In this document: piece by piece, positions 12,033 through 20,972 of the stretch
Layout: each line of letters begins with the position of its first letter
How positions within the stretch are numbered: the first letter of the stretch is position 1
Source of the DNA: Waddliaceae bacterium
GTDB taxonomy: Bacteria; Chlamydiota; Chlamydiia; Chlamydiales; SLFE01
NCBI GenBank assembly: GCA_963771045.1
Contig: CAVYRW010000004.1
Location: 864,001 to 928,000, forward strand
Length of the DNA: 64,000 nucleotides
Direction: 5' to 3'
Program-made: the position numbers and the translations under genes
The notes under the pieces: generated by a model
What the model was told of the DNA's origin: nothing
Seen by the model: only the letters and a program-made list of their open reading frames with translations
Databases searched by the model: none

Positions 12033-12329
12033 TTATTCCTCTTCAAAATGTATACGATTATAAAATATATTGATAATGTTTTCAAGAGAGAGTGGCAGTG
12101 GGAATAGATAGGGATACAGCAAGTCTGACAGGGTCATGGAAATTTCTTGAATTCAAATGTTTCATATAATTAAATTACTGTAATTTGTCGTTATAGTTTA
12201 TCAAATTAGGTTATTTATCTTCAAGAAGAAATCATTTTACTCCGCGATTCCGTGCTCTCATCTTTACCAAAAAATTTTCTTGTTTTTAAAGAATCGGTTC
12301 GATAAATTTCAGGAGGTTAATATTAAACA

Positions 12330-13673
12330 ATGGAGGGTATATATATGTGTGTCAGTACAGCAATAGAGGCTCAAGTGGAACAAATTCAAAAGTGTCTCAA
12401 AGAGCGTAAAGAACCTACAAATCAACCCAGCCAGATCTTTAATCGGCTAATGGATGCCTACAAAGCGCTCAATGAGATTGAATTACGTTCGTTAAGTTTT
12501 ACATACGATATAGCACCTTTTGAGGAAGGTATTCAAAATGTTGGTTGCAAAGTGCGGAAACTTTGCGAAGAACACTTTTTTGGGAAAACTGAAAAGGAGG
12601 CAGGGCTTCAAGCTGAAATTACTGAATTCGAAGCAAAGGTTAATGAATTAAAATCCAATGTTGTTGTTAAAAACATACTTGAAAAAGAATTTAAAAAACA
12701 CAGCAAATTCTTTAGAAATGAAGGCTATAAAAAAGATTTTAAAGATTATTATGAAAAAATGCTACAAAATGTTCAGCTTTTAGATCTTGAGTATCGTATT
12801 AATCCTGAATTAATGCAATTTATTCGGGATAATTGTCCTAATATTCAGGGATTAAATCTAAGTAGGATCGATGATCAGATTCTCTCTTCTCTACCCAAAA
12901 ATTTACATTATTTATCAGTGAAACATTGCACAGGGATGACGAAAGAAGGTTGGAAATCTTTGGGCGAACTATCGGATTTGAGAAATCTTTATTTGTACAA
13001 CTTTTCAAAAGAAGGGTTGCCGCAAATGGACGACGAATCAAAACTTTTTGTACAGGCTCTCAAACGATTAACCCATCTAAAAACTCTCTATATGCGACAT
13101 CTGGATGTTGGTAGGGGAAATCTACATATCGATGATAGCGTTTTCGCTTCTCTCCCTAAAGGATTGAAATCTCTTGAAATTCTAGCTAATGGTGTCGTTC
13201 AGTTAGGAGAAAATTGGGCAGGCGGATTGAAAAATTTGCCTCATTTAGAAACTCTGGACTTTTCTTTTTTGAACCTTTCCGATCTCAAAAAAGGCCTTAA
13301 GGCAAATTTGAGGGAGAATTCACCTATTCAAACATTGACTTTGTCCAAAGTTGCTCTTGATGATGAAGAAGTGGAAATCATCGCCGAAGCTCTTAAAACC
13401 AATCGCAGCCTTCGCAAGCTGGATTTATCGAGTAATGATATCAGTGACAATGGAGCAGCGGCGCTTGCCAAAGCTCTTAAAGTCAATCGTACGCTTATCG
13501 AACTGACTTTAGATTACAATAAAATCGGTTTTAAGGGGATAGTGTCTATTATCGAAGCAGTCAAAGATAATAATACGCTGGATAAACTTTATATCCACTG
13601 CAAGAGGATCAACGGTGAAGAAAAGGAGATTCTTACAAAAGCTCTTGAAAACAACAAAACCTTAAAATGTTAA
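12330..13673 (+). CDS. Leucine-rich repeat protein (RI-like), candidate effector
   Basis: LRKLDLSSNDISDNGAAALAKAL-type repeats after a coiled-coil N-terminus; AT-rich. Confidence 0.85.
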   Translation: MEGIYMCVSTAIEAQVEQIQKCLKERKEPTNQPSQIFNRLMDAYKALNEIELRSLSFTYDIAPFEEGIQNVGCKVRKLCEEHFFGKTEKEAGLQAEITEFEAKVNELKSNVVVKNILEKEFKKHSKFFRNEGYKKDFKDYYEKMLQNVQLLDLEYRINPELMQFIRDNCPNIQGLNLSRIDDQILSSLPKNLHYLSVKHCTGMTKEGWKSLGELSDLRNLYLYNFSKEGLPQMDDESKLFVQALKRLTHLKTLYMRHLDVGRGNLHIDDSVFASLPKGLKSLEILANGVVQLGENWAGGLKNLPHLETLDFSFLNLSDLKKGLKANLRENSPIQTLTLSKVALDDEEVEIIAEALKTNRSLRKLDLSSNDISDNGAAALAKALKVNRTLIELTLDYNKIGFKGIVSIIEAVKDNNTLDKLYIHCKRINGEEKEILTKALENNKTLKC

Positions 13674-13781
13674 GTTTTATAACTTAGACTTTTTTTGGAA
13701 CAAGTCGAACTTACTACGGGTCAATATCTTAAGGATATTGGCTCGTTAAATTTCGACTATCTGACGGCTCAAGAAGAGAAC

Positions 13782-13810
13782 TTGACTTGGGGAGGGGCAG
13801 GGGATAGAAT
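13782..13810 (+). promoter_or_regulatory. sigma70/sigma66-type promoter of lemA
   Basis: TTGACT-N17-TAGAAT, 20 bp upstream of the lemA ATG. Confidence 0.65.
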
Positions 13811-13830
13811 AACATTAGTGCGAGGATTTT

Positions 13831-14433
13831 ATGTGGATTTTCTGGGTAACTCTCTCTACGGTTGTGACGATTGTTTTGATTATCGGATTTGTTTTGGCCA
13901 GCATCTACAACATGCTTGTCAAGCTGCAAAACCGATATCAAAATGCCTTTGCTCAGATTGAGGTTCAGCTGAAGCGAAGACATGACTTGATTCCAAACCT
14001 TGTCGAGACTGCAAAGGGATACATCAAGCATGAGAGGGAGACTTTGGAAGAGGTCACCCAAGCCCGCAGCCGGGCAATGGATGGCCTGAAAGAAGCCTCG
14101 GGCAATCCCGGCGATGCCGAAAAGATGCGCTCGCTTTCGGGGTTGGAGGAAAAGCTGTCCGGCGCGCTTGGACGTCTTTTCGCAGTAGCTGAGTCCTATC
14201 CCGATTTGAAAGCAAACCAAAATATGATGCAGTTGAGCGAAGAGCTGATATCAACGGAAAATAAAGTGGCTTTTTCAAGGCAGGCCTTCAATGACGCCGT
14301 CATGACGTTCAATATTTATAGACAATCTTTCCCGACAGTGGTCATTGCTCCGTTTCTCGGATTCAATCAAGATGCGGGTCTTTTGGAATTCAAGTCAGCG
14401 GAAATCGACGAGGCTGTGAAAGTGGAGTTCTAA
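13831..14433 (+). CDS. lemA: LemA family protein
   Basis: N-terminal TM; QLKRRHDLIPNLVE, ESYPDLKAN and ENKVAFSRQ motifs. Confidence 0.95.
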   Translation: MWIFWVTLSTVVTIVLIIGFVLASIYNMLVKLQNRYQNAFAQIEVQLKRRHDLIPNLVETAKGYIKHERETLEEVTQARSRAMDGLKEASGNPGDAEKMRSLSGLEEKLSGALGRLFAVAESYPDLKANQNMMQLSEELISTENKVAFSRQAFNDAVMTFNIYRQSFPTVVIAPFLGFNQDAGLLEFKSAEIDEAVKVEF

Positions 14434-14437
14434 CTGA

Positions 14438-16309
14438 ATGGACTTTTTTCAGCATCAGGAGAGGGCCAGGAAAAATACTGCCTGGCTTGTCTTTCTGTTT
14501 TTTTCCGCTGTCGTCGGTATGATTCTTGTTACATATTTCATCGTCGCTTGGGCCTTCGCTTCTTCTTCAAAAGGGTATGAAATTCAATCCGAGGACCTCT
14601 GGAACACGGTCTTATTTGTTTGGGTGGCGATTATCACCCTTTTGGTTGTTGGAGGGGCCAGCCTCTTCAAGATTATGCAGCTAAAGGGAGGGGGCGGGGC
14701 GTATGTCGCCGAATCTCTTGGCGGACGCCTTCTGGATCCGGCAGCCAAAAAAACCGATGAACAAAAGATACTCAATGTCGTCGAAGAAATCGCTATTGCG
14801 GCAGGTATACCGACGCCCAAGGTGTATCTTCTGGATAAGGAAGAGGGGATGAACGCTTTTGCGGCCGGCTATTCGTCTTCAAACGCGGTCATTGGCGTGA
14901 CCCGGGGCCTGGTGGAGTCTTTAAACCGCGACGAACTTCAGGGAGTGGTCGCGCATGAATTCAGCCATATCCTCAACGGGGATATGCGTATCAATATCCG
15001 ATTGATGGGCATTTTGTTCGGCATCCTGGCTCTTGGCCTTATTGGCTATTACACTCTTAGATCCTCGATGTTTACCGCGGGATCGTCCAGACAGCGGGGA
15101 AGTGCCGGTTTTGTTCTAGTCACAGTGGGTCTTGGCTTGATGGCTGTCGGTTTTATCGGCACGTTCTTCGGTCATTTGATCAAAGCCGCTGTCAGCCGCC
15201 AAAGAGAGTTTCTTGCAGACGCCTCCGCCGTTCAGTTTACCCGAAATCCCGGCGGTATCGGAAATGCTTTAAGGAAAATACGCGATCATCAATTCGGGTC
15301 GAAGGTGATCAATCCCCGCGCCTCGGAAGTCAGCCACATGTTTTTCGCGACAGGGGCGCTTTCGGCAATGGCGTCGCTTTTTGCCACTCATCCTCCTATC
15401 GACGAGAGGATCACACGGATTTTTTCTCTGGAAAAGACTGAATCTAAAAAGCTTCCTCCCGTTCCCAAAATTTCTAAAAAGGAACCCGAAGCAGAAGAAC
15501 CCTCTTTAACTTTTGTCGATTCTACCGGAAAGCCCAATGTCGATCAAATCAGGCTTGCCAAGACATTGATTGCCGCGCTCCCACTTCCTGTCAAAGGAGC
15601 TATTCACGATTTATTTGGAGCAAGAGCTATTGTTTATGGCCTTCTCCTCTCCAAAGATCCTGAAATTCGTAAAATCCAGCACGATAAACTTTCGGAAGAG
15701 TCTTACCTCGGTGTTTATCGCGAGCTGAATCGGCTGCTTCCCGATATTGACAAAATCGAGATGAAAGCCAGAATACCTATGATCGACATGGCGATCCGGA
15801 CATTGAATTCTCTTACCAAGAGTCAATATGAAGTCTTCCGCGAAAATGTCAAGAACCTCATTTTTGCCGATAAAAAAATCGATATTTTTGAATGGATTTT
15901 GGAAAAAGTATTGATTGATCATCTCGACGGACGGTTTCGCAGGGCAAGGAAAGCAGCAGGCCGGAAGAAGTTAAAGGACCATCTTAGGGAAAGTTATTTG
16001 CTTTTGAAAGTCCTTTCCTTTGTCGGTAATAAGAATCCTAAGCAGCATCTCGAAGCCTTGAACGCGGGACTGAAAAAAATCGGTGTCAAACCACTTTCGC
16101 AAATGAAGAAGGTGGAAATCCGATGGGAGGATGTTGACAATGCCCTTGACTCTTTGGTTCTTCTTAAACCTCAGGATAAGAAAAAGCTGTTGGAGGGATG
16201 TCTTGCCAGCATCCAGCACGATAAAAAGATAACCCTTTACGAGGCTGAGCTGTTTCGTGCCATAGGCGATGCTCTCGGTTGTCCTGTTCCCCTTATTCTG
16301 CCTGATTAG
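14438..16309 (+). CDS. HtpX-like M48 membrane zinc metalloprotease with C-terminal extension
   Basis: NAFAAG, AHEFSH (HExxH), SRQREFLAD and THPP motifs; paired with lemA. Confidence 0.92.
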   Translation: MDFFQHQERARKNTAWLVFLFFSAVVGMILVTYFIVAWAFASSSKGYEIQSEDLWNTVLFVWVAIITLLVVGGASLFKIMQLKGGGGAYVAESLGGRLLDPAAKKTDEQKILNVVEEIAIAAGIPTPKVYLLDKEEGMNAFAAGYSSSNAVIGVTRGLVESLNRDELQGVVAHEFSHILNGDMRINIRLMGILFGILALGLIGYYTLRSSMFTAGSSRQRGSAGFVLVTVGLGLMAVGFIGTFFGHLIKAAVSRQREFLADASAVQFTRNPGGIGNALRKIRDHQFGSKVINPRASEVSHMFFATGALSAMASLFATHPPIDERITRIFSLEKTESKKLPPVPKISKKEPEAEEPSLTFVDSTGKPNVDQIRLAKTLIAALPLPVKGAIHDLFGARAIVYGLLLSKDPEIRKIQHDKLSEESYLGVYRELNRLLPDIDKIEMKARIPMIDMAIRTLNSLTKSQYEVFRENVKNLIFADKKIDIFEWILEKVLIDHLDGRFRRARKAAGRKKLKDHLRESYLLLKVLSFVGNKNPKQHLEALNAGLKKIGVKPLSQMKKVEIRWEDVDNALDSLVLLKPQDKKKLLEGCLASIQHDKKITLYEAELFRAIGDALGCPVPLILPD

Positions 16310-17234
16310 ATTTTTTGTAAGTGTTCAGCTCTTCTTTCTATTAACCGCGAAGTTTGCAAAGGAAGCGGAAAATACGCTTAAGCTTTTCTAAGGCCCTGAT
16401 TGCTATCCCAACCTCATTTAGAACTTGCATGAGTGGACTATTGCAAAAAGGTGCAGCTTGGATAAAATAATCTTGTGATAATTGTATTGTGAATCATTCA
16501 TTGAGAAAAGCACATATCTGCCAGGGCTTTTTGATTAAAATTCCTTGATAGTAATTAGATTTTCATTTGTCATTCATATCTTAACTCAACTTTGGAGAAA
16601 GATATGTGTGCAAGAGGAATCAAAAATGAACCTTATGAAGAAGGATCTAAATCAATTGATATTGAACAATTTAAGGACCGACTAGAGAGCGTTGCCAGTT
16701 CTACCCAAGATCCAAGATGTAAAGACAATTTAAAACATAATCTTTTTACTCTACTCGCCATAATTTTTTGTGCTGTCATAGCAGATGCTAATAGTATCAG
16801 TGCTATCCATCAATATGCTGTTTCCAAAAAAAAGTGGTTGATGACGTGGCTTGATTTTGACGAAGTGCCTTCCTATAATACATTCTGGTGGCTTCTTGTT
16901 CGCCTCGATCCAAAAGAAACTGAAATGTTTTTCCGAAAATGGACATCCTCTCTTTCAAAAAATGAAATTGATGACTTTATTGCGATTGACGGCAAGCGTG
17001 TAAGAGGTGCCTCTAATAAAAAAAAGACACCTAAATCTCTTCTGCACTCGGGTCTAAGAAGTCTTTCGATGTTGATAAGCTATCGGACACTTGATGGGAG
17101 GACTACCGAAGAAATTAGATATTATATATCCTCACTTTCAGCTGCAGCTGAGAAAATATCCAAATCAACTCGAGGTCATTGGGGCATTGAAAATCAAGTC
17201 CATTGGGTTTTGGATGTTACATTTCAGGAAGATG

Positions 17235-18631
17235 GAGGATGTCCCGTTTTTAGTTGAAATTCGGTGACTCCATATACCAGTTTACGCAACCTTTGTTTTT
17301 ATTTCACTCTGAATTCGGATTATCCTTTCCCTTACCTCTTCGATTGAAAAATATCCTTTAACTTTTCGAAATCTTTTTTCTGCATCCAAGAGGGTTGTCC
17401 CCAACCATCTTTGCGCCATTTTACCCTTTGTTTGAATACGAGTTATACGGCCCATACGCCGGCTTGTATTTGAGAACACTGATTCAATCGGATTTGTGGA
17501 ATGCAGTGTCTTCCTCAAACGAGGAGGCACTTTTAAACAATGCACCGTGAGGAGTTCTTCAAAACACTCACGGAGAGATTCCGCTGCAGATGGGTTGATT
17601 GTTTCAAGCCAACTCTCCAATTTCTTGAGTTCATTCTTAGCATCTTCATACTCAAGGCAATTTATTGCATTTCGGAAGCGATGATGCGCTTCTTTTCGAT
17701 ATTTTTTGGGAAGATGCTTTTGGATATTTCTGTCTTTATGAATCGTACATCTTTGATGTATAAGTAATTTTCCAAACCTATCCTTCAGAGCCTTAATGAT
17801 CCCTTTTCCTCCATCGGTTATAAAAAGTATTTTCTCATCAAGCTTTAGTCCTCTGCGGTCGAGATTGTTCAACAGCTCTTGACAAATCACATTATTCTCA
17901 GTTGCACCTTCCCAAAAACCAAGAGAATGCTTATTTCCTTCAAGATCAATTGCCATTGCCACAATAAAAACTTTTCCTGCCAGATGATAACCATCAATGA
18001 GGATAGCGAAGGGAGAAAAACTGCTTAAATCTCTATCTTTTAATTCTTTAAGCTGTTTACTTGTCGCCGCTTTCAAATGCCGTGAAACAGAGGATTTAGA
18101 AATACCGAAGTGGTCAAGCAAACCGTCCAGCGCACCCTCATACTCCCTGCAAGAGATCCCCTTTAAAGCTTTTTCTAAGAGATCATCAGAAAATCTATCC
18201 TTATTATTTAGTTCCTGATATACAGAGAGTTGGACTTCCTTTTTATCCTTCCGCAAACGTGGCTTTTTTACTTTTAATTTTTCTCCTCCCACATAAACAG
18301 AACCCGCCTGGGATCCCCATTTCTCCCATCCGGGCAGTGGATCGTATTTAGGTCCGGCAAGCATTTCTCTTTCTGAAGAAAAAAGAAACTCGATCAAGCA
18401 TTTCTTTAAGGAAATAAAAAACTGATCGAAATCGTCCTTAGCAGCTCCAATGAGATAAGCAATTTTCTCTTCGGGGCATGCAAATGAGAGAAGATCTGTT
18501 GATTTATTCTGTGATGTGCGACTATTCATCTTGTGGCTCCTTTGTTTTTTTGTTTTTTGTCAAAATTACATATTGACTATAGGAGCCACCTCTTTTCAAG
18601 ATAAAATTTCAACTAATTTTGGGACATTCTC
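17235..18631 (-). mobile_element. IS256-family IS, 1397 bp
   Basis: IRs GAGGATGTCCCGTTTTTAGTTGAAATT / GAGAATGTCCCAAAATTAGTTGAAATT; 8-bp TSD GGAAGATG at 17227-17234 and 18632-18639. Confidence 0.95.
17282..18529 (-). CDS. IS256/Mutator-family DDE transposase
   Basis: LIDG, ITDGGKG, QRCTIHK and STNPIES motifs. Confidence 0.93.
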   Translation of the reverse strand: MNSRTSQNKSTDLLSFACPEEKIAYLIGAAKDDFDQFFISLKKCLIEFLFSSEREMLAGPKYDPLPGWEKWGSQAGSVYVGGEKLKVKKPRLRKDKKEVQLSVYQELNNKDRFSDDLLEKALKGISCREYEGALDGLLDHFGISKSSVSRHLKAATSKQLKELKDRDLSSFSPFAILIDGYHLAGKVFIVAMAIDLEGNKHSLGFWEGATENNVICQELLNNLDRRGLKLDEKILFITDGGKGIIKALKDRFGKLLIHQRCTIHKDRNIQKHLPKKYRKEAHHRFRNAINCLEYEDAKNELKKLESWLETINPSAAESLRECFEELLTVHCLKVPPRLRKTLHSTNPIESVFSNTSRRMGRITRIQTKGKMAQRWLGTTLLDAEKRFRKVKGYFSIEEVRERIIRIQSEIKTKVA

Positions 18632-18804
18632 GGAAGATGCTTCACAGATATCAACAGGCTATGCAGCAGAAAACTTCTCTATCTTAAGAAGATTAAGCTT
18701 GAATGTATTAAGACTTGATCCAGATAAGAAAAGCCTAAAAGGAAAGCGTCAAAGTGCAGGATGGAATAATCAGTACATGGAGTATTTATTAGGATTGGTG
18801 GCTA

Positions 18805-20610
18805 TCAAGAAATTTTAATCAAAAAGCTCTGACATATCTGCATTTTTGTAATTGTTTTCCAAACGGCGTTATCTTTTGATATGTCTTTTAAGAGGTCAAT
18901 GAGAGTATCAGCATCTTTAGTACTGATTTTATTACCTGTTAAATGAAGCTTTTTAAGGGTGTTTTTGCCTCTAAGGACCTTAACAAGAGCTTGCAAACCT
19001 TCAAGGCTGATTTTGTTACTGGATAAATTAAGTAATTCGATGGTGTCGTTGTCTTTGAGGGCGTTTGCAAGAGATTTTGCTCCTTCATCGCCGATGTGGT
19101 TGTTGGACAAATAAAGCCCTGTTATGCTTTTGTCTTTAAGAGCGTGTGCAAGAGATTTTGCTCCTTCATCGCCGATTTTATTGTAGGATAAGCTCAGACC
19201 TATGAGAGCTTTATTGTGTTTGAGAGCGTCGGCAAGAGATTTTGCTCCTTCATCGCCGATGTTGTTGCTGCACAAGTCAAGCTCTGTTATGTTTTTGTCT
19301 TTGAGAGCGTCGGCAAGAGATTTTGCTCCTCCATCGCCGAAGTGGTTGCCGGTTAAGTCCAGCCCCGTGAGAGCTTTATTGTGTTTGAGAGCGTCGGCAA
19401 GAGATTTAGCACCTTCAATGTTAATGTCGTTCCAAGGCAAATCAAGCCCCGCAATGTTTTTGTCTTTAAGAGCGTTTGCAAGAGATTTTGCTCCTTCATC
19501 GCCGAAATGGTTGTTGGACAGGTCAAGTATTGTGAGGGTGTTATTACCTTTGAAGGCCTCGGCGAAAAATTTAATGCCTTTATTGCCGATGTTATTATCA
19601 GACAAATCAACAAGCATTGCGACGATGTCATTGTCTTTGAGTGTCACGGCAAAAAATTTAATCCGGTTAGCGGCGATGTTGTTCCAAGACAAATCAAGCT
19701 TTTTAAAAGGGTTTTTGTGTTTAAGAGCATCGGTGAGAGCTTTAGCCCCTTTAACGTTAATGTCGTTCCAAGACAAAATAAGCTCCGTGAGGCTATTATT
19801 GTATTTAAGGGTCTCGGCAAGAGATTTTGCTCCTTCATCGCCGATGTTGTTGCCGGACAAGTCAAGCTCTGTGAGAGCGTTATTGTATTTAAGAGCATCG
19901 GCAAGAATTTTAGCACCTTCAACGTTAATGCCGTTCCGAGACAAATCAAGTGATGCGAGATTTGGATGATTCATGAGCTTTGCTAGCTGCCCTGTTGTCA
20001 ATTTTGCATGATACAAGCTGAGCTTGCGAAGGTTGGAAAATTTTTCTATAAGTAAATTAATTACATGATCTGAGATATTTTCGCCGTTTAGATCGAGTTC
20101 AGTTATAGATTTAGGCGTAGTCGAACTCAGAAAGCATTCAGCTATCTCAACGGCTTCTTCATGTGTCTTGGTTCCGATAATTTGAAGAGCTATCTGCGCC
20201 ACTATTTGACTTAAGAATGATTTATCCTTGCCTCTTCTCTCAGAGTTTGAAATTATTTTATTTATTTGTTTTAATGTTTCGTCATCATATTTGAATATTT
20301 TTTTGAATATAAATACATACCATTTACTCGGAATAGTTTTAGGTTCAAAAGGAGAATCCGCAGCAATTCCCGCTGGAAATTCTGACTCAAGCTTCATGGA
20401 AAAAGAATGCGATTCAAGCGTTTCCTCTAGGGGAGCGATAAAAAAGTCAGTGGTTAAAAATAGTTCAAGATCGGTTAAATTAGAGACCGATTCTACGAAA
20501 GAGGCTGTTTTAACTAATTCTGTTTCAGCGATTTCAGCTCCAGCGGGAATTGCTGGAGAATCCGTTCCTTTTGACTTTAAATGGAGACTCCCGGTACTCA
20601 CAATATTCAT
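18805..20610 (-). CDS. RI-like leucine-rich repeat protein, candidate effector; last 8 codons come from the ISAs1 end
   Basis: More than ten LxxLDLSxNxIGDEGAKSLAxALK repeats; GGAGG RBS. Confidence 0.92.
   Translation of the reverse strand: MNIVSTGSLHLKSKGTDSPAIPAGAEIAETELVKTASFVESVSNLTDLELFLTTDFFIAPLEETLESHSFSMKLESEFPAGIAADSPFEPKTIPSKWYVFIFKKIFKYDDETLKQINKIISNSERRGKDKSFLSQIVAQIALQIIGTKTHEEAVEIAECFLSSTTPKSITELDLNGENISDHVINLLIEKFSNLRKLSLYHAKLTTGQLAKLMNHPNLASLDLSRNGINVEGAKILADALKYNNALTELDLSGNNIGDEGAKSLAETLKYNNSLTELILSWNDINVKGAKALTDALKHKNPFKKLDLSWNNIAANRIKFFAVTLKDNDIVAMLVDLSDNNIGNKGIKFFAEAFKGNNTLTILDLSNNHFGDEGAKSLANALKDKNIAGLDLPWNDINIEGAKSLADALKHNKALTGLDLTGNHFGDGGAKSLADALKDKNITELDLCSNNIGDEGAKSLADALKHNKALIGLSLSYNKIGDEGAKSLAHALKDKSITGLYLSNNHIGDEGAKSLANALKDNDTIELLNLSSNKISLEGLQALVKVLRGKNTLKKLHLTGNKISTKDADTLIDLLKDISKDNAVWKTITKMQICQSFLIKIS
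19040..19950. repeat. Coding tandem repeats of 81 and 84 bp (LRR units)
   Basis: GCAAGAGATTT core at 19067, 19148, 19232, 19313, 19397, 19478 and 19817, with a variant at 19901. Confidence 0.9.
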
Positions 20611-20657
20611 AAATTCCTCCTAAATTTTCATTTAAAGTATCGCAGTACTTTAATTCG

Positions 20658-20727
20658 TTCAAGAAAAAGGTTGAGTGTTTACCGCTAAAGCGTCTCACCC
20701 TGTAATAGGTTACAGGAGGGGGAGTTG
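20658..20727. repeat. Diverged direct copy of 23987-24057 (3' end and downstream flank of the aldo-keto reductase gene)
   Basis: Shares TGAGTGTTTACCGCTAAAGCGTCTCAC and TAATAGGTTACAGGAGGGGGAGTTG. Confidence 0.93.
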
Positions 20728-20884
20728 TTCTCAAGCCTCAGGACAAAAAAAAGCTGCTGAAGGGGTGCCTTGCCGGCATTCAGCATGATAGAAAGATAAC
20801 CCTCTATGAGTCTGAGCTGTTCCGCGCCATAGGCGATGCGCTCGGTTGTCCTGTTCCCCTTATTCTACCTAATTAGATTTTTTG
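20728..20884 (+). repeat. Diverged direct copy of 16161-16317 (last 48 codons and stop of the htpX-like gene)
   Basis: Translates to LKPQDKKKLLKGCLAGIQHDRKITLYESELFRAIGDALGCPVPLILPN*; 20 substitutions and no indels. Confidence 0.95.
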
Positions 20885-20972
20885 GTTGTGGGGGGCGCTT
20901 GGAACCGGCGCTCCTACCGCGACCCATCGTTGTAATTTATCAACTGAATGCTTACTGAGAAACAAGAGGCCA

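Larger units (their letters stand above)
16592..18818 (+). pseudogene. ISAs1 transposase, split by IS256 and lacking its central part
   Basis: DPR, IAIDGK, RYYISS and HWGIENQVHWVLDVTFQED motifs; frame resumes as ASQISTGYAAENFSILRRL after 18639. Confidence 0.9.
16522..18831 (+). mobile_element. ISAs1-family IS, internally deleted and interrupted by IS256
   Basis: 30-bp IRs CAGGGCTTTTTGATTAAAATTCCTTGATAG / CAGAGCTTTTTGATTAAAATTTCTTGATAG; 10-bp TSD ACATATCTGC at 16512-16521 and 18832-18841. Confidence 0.93.

Noticed and set aside
19040..19950. Regularly spaced repeats as a CRISPR array
   Set aside because: The periods are multiples of 3, the intervening sequences are homologous, the repeats encode LRRs, and no cas genes are present
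19202..19969. Long plus-strand ORFs opposite the LRR gene
   Set aside because: They are antisense shadows of repetitive coding sequence
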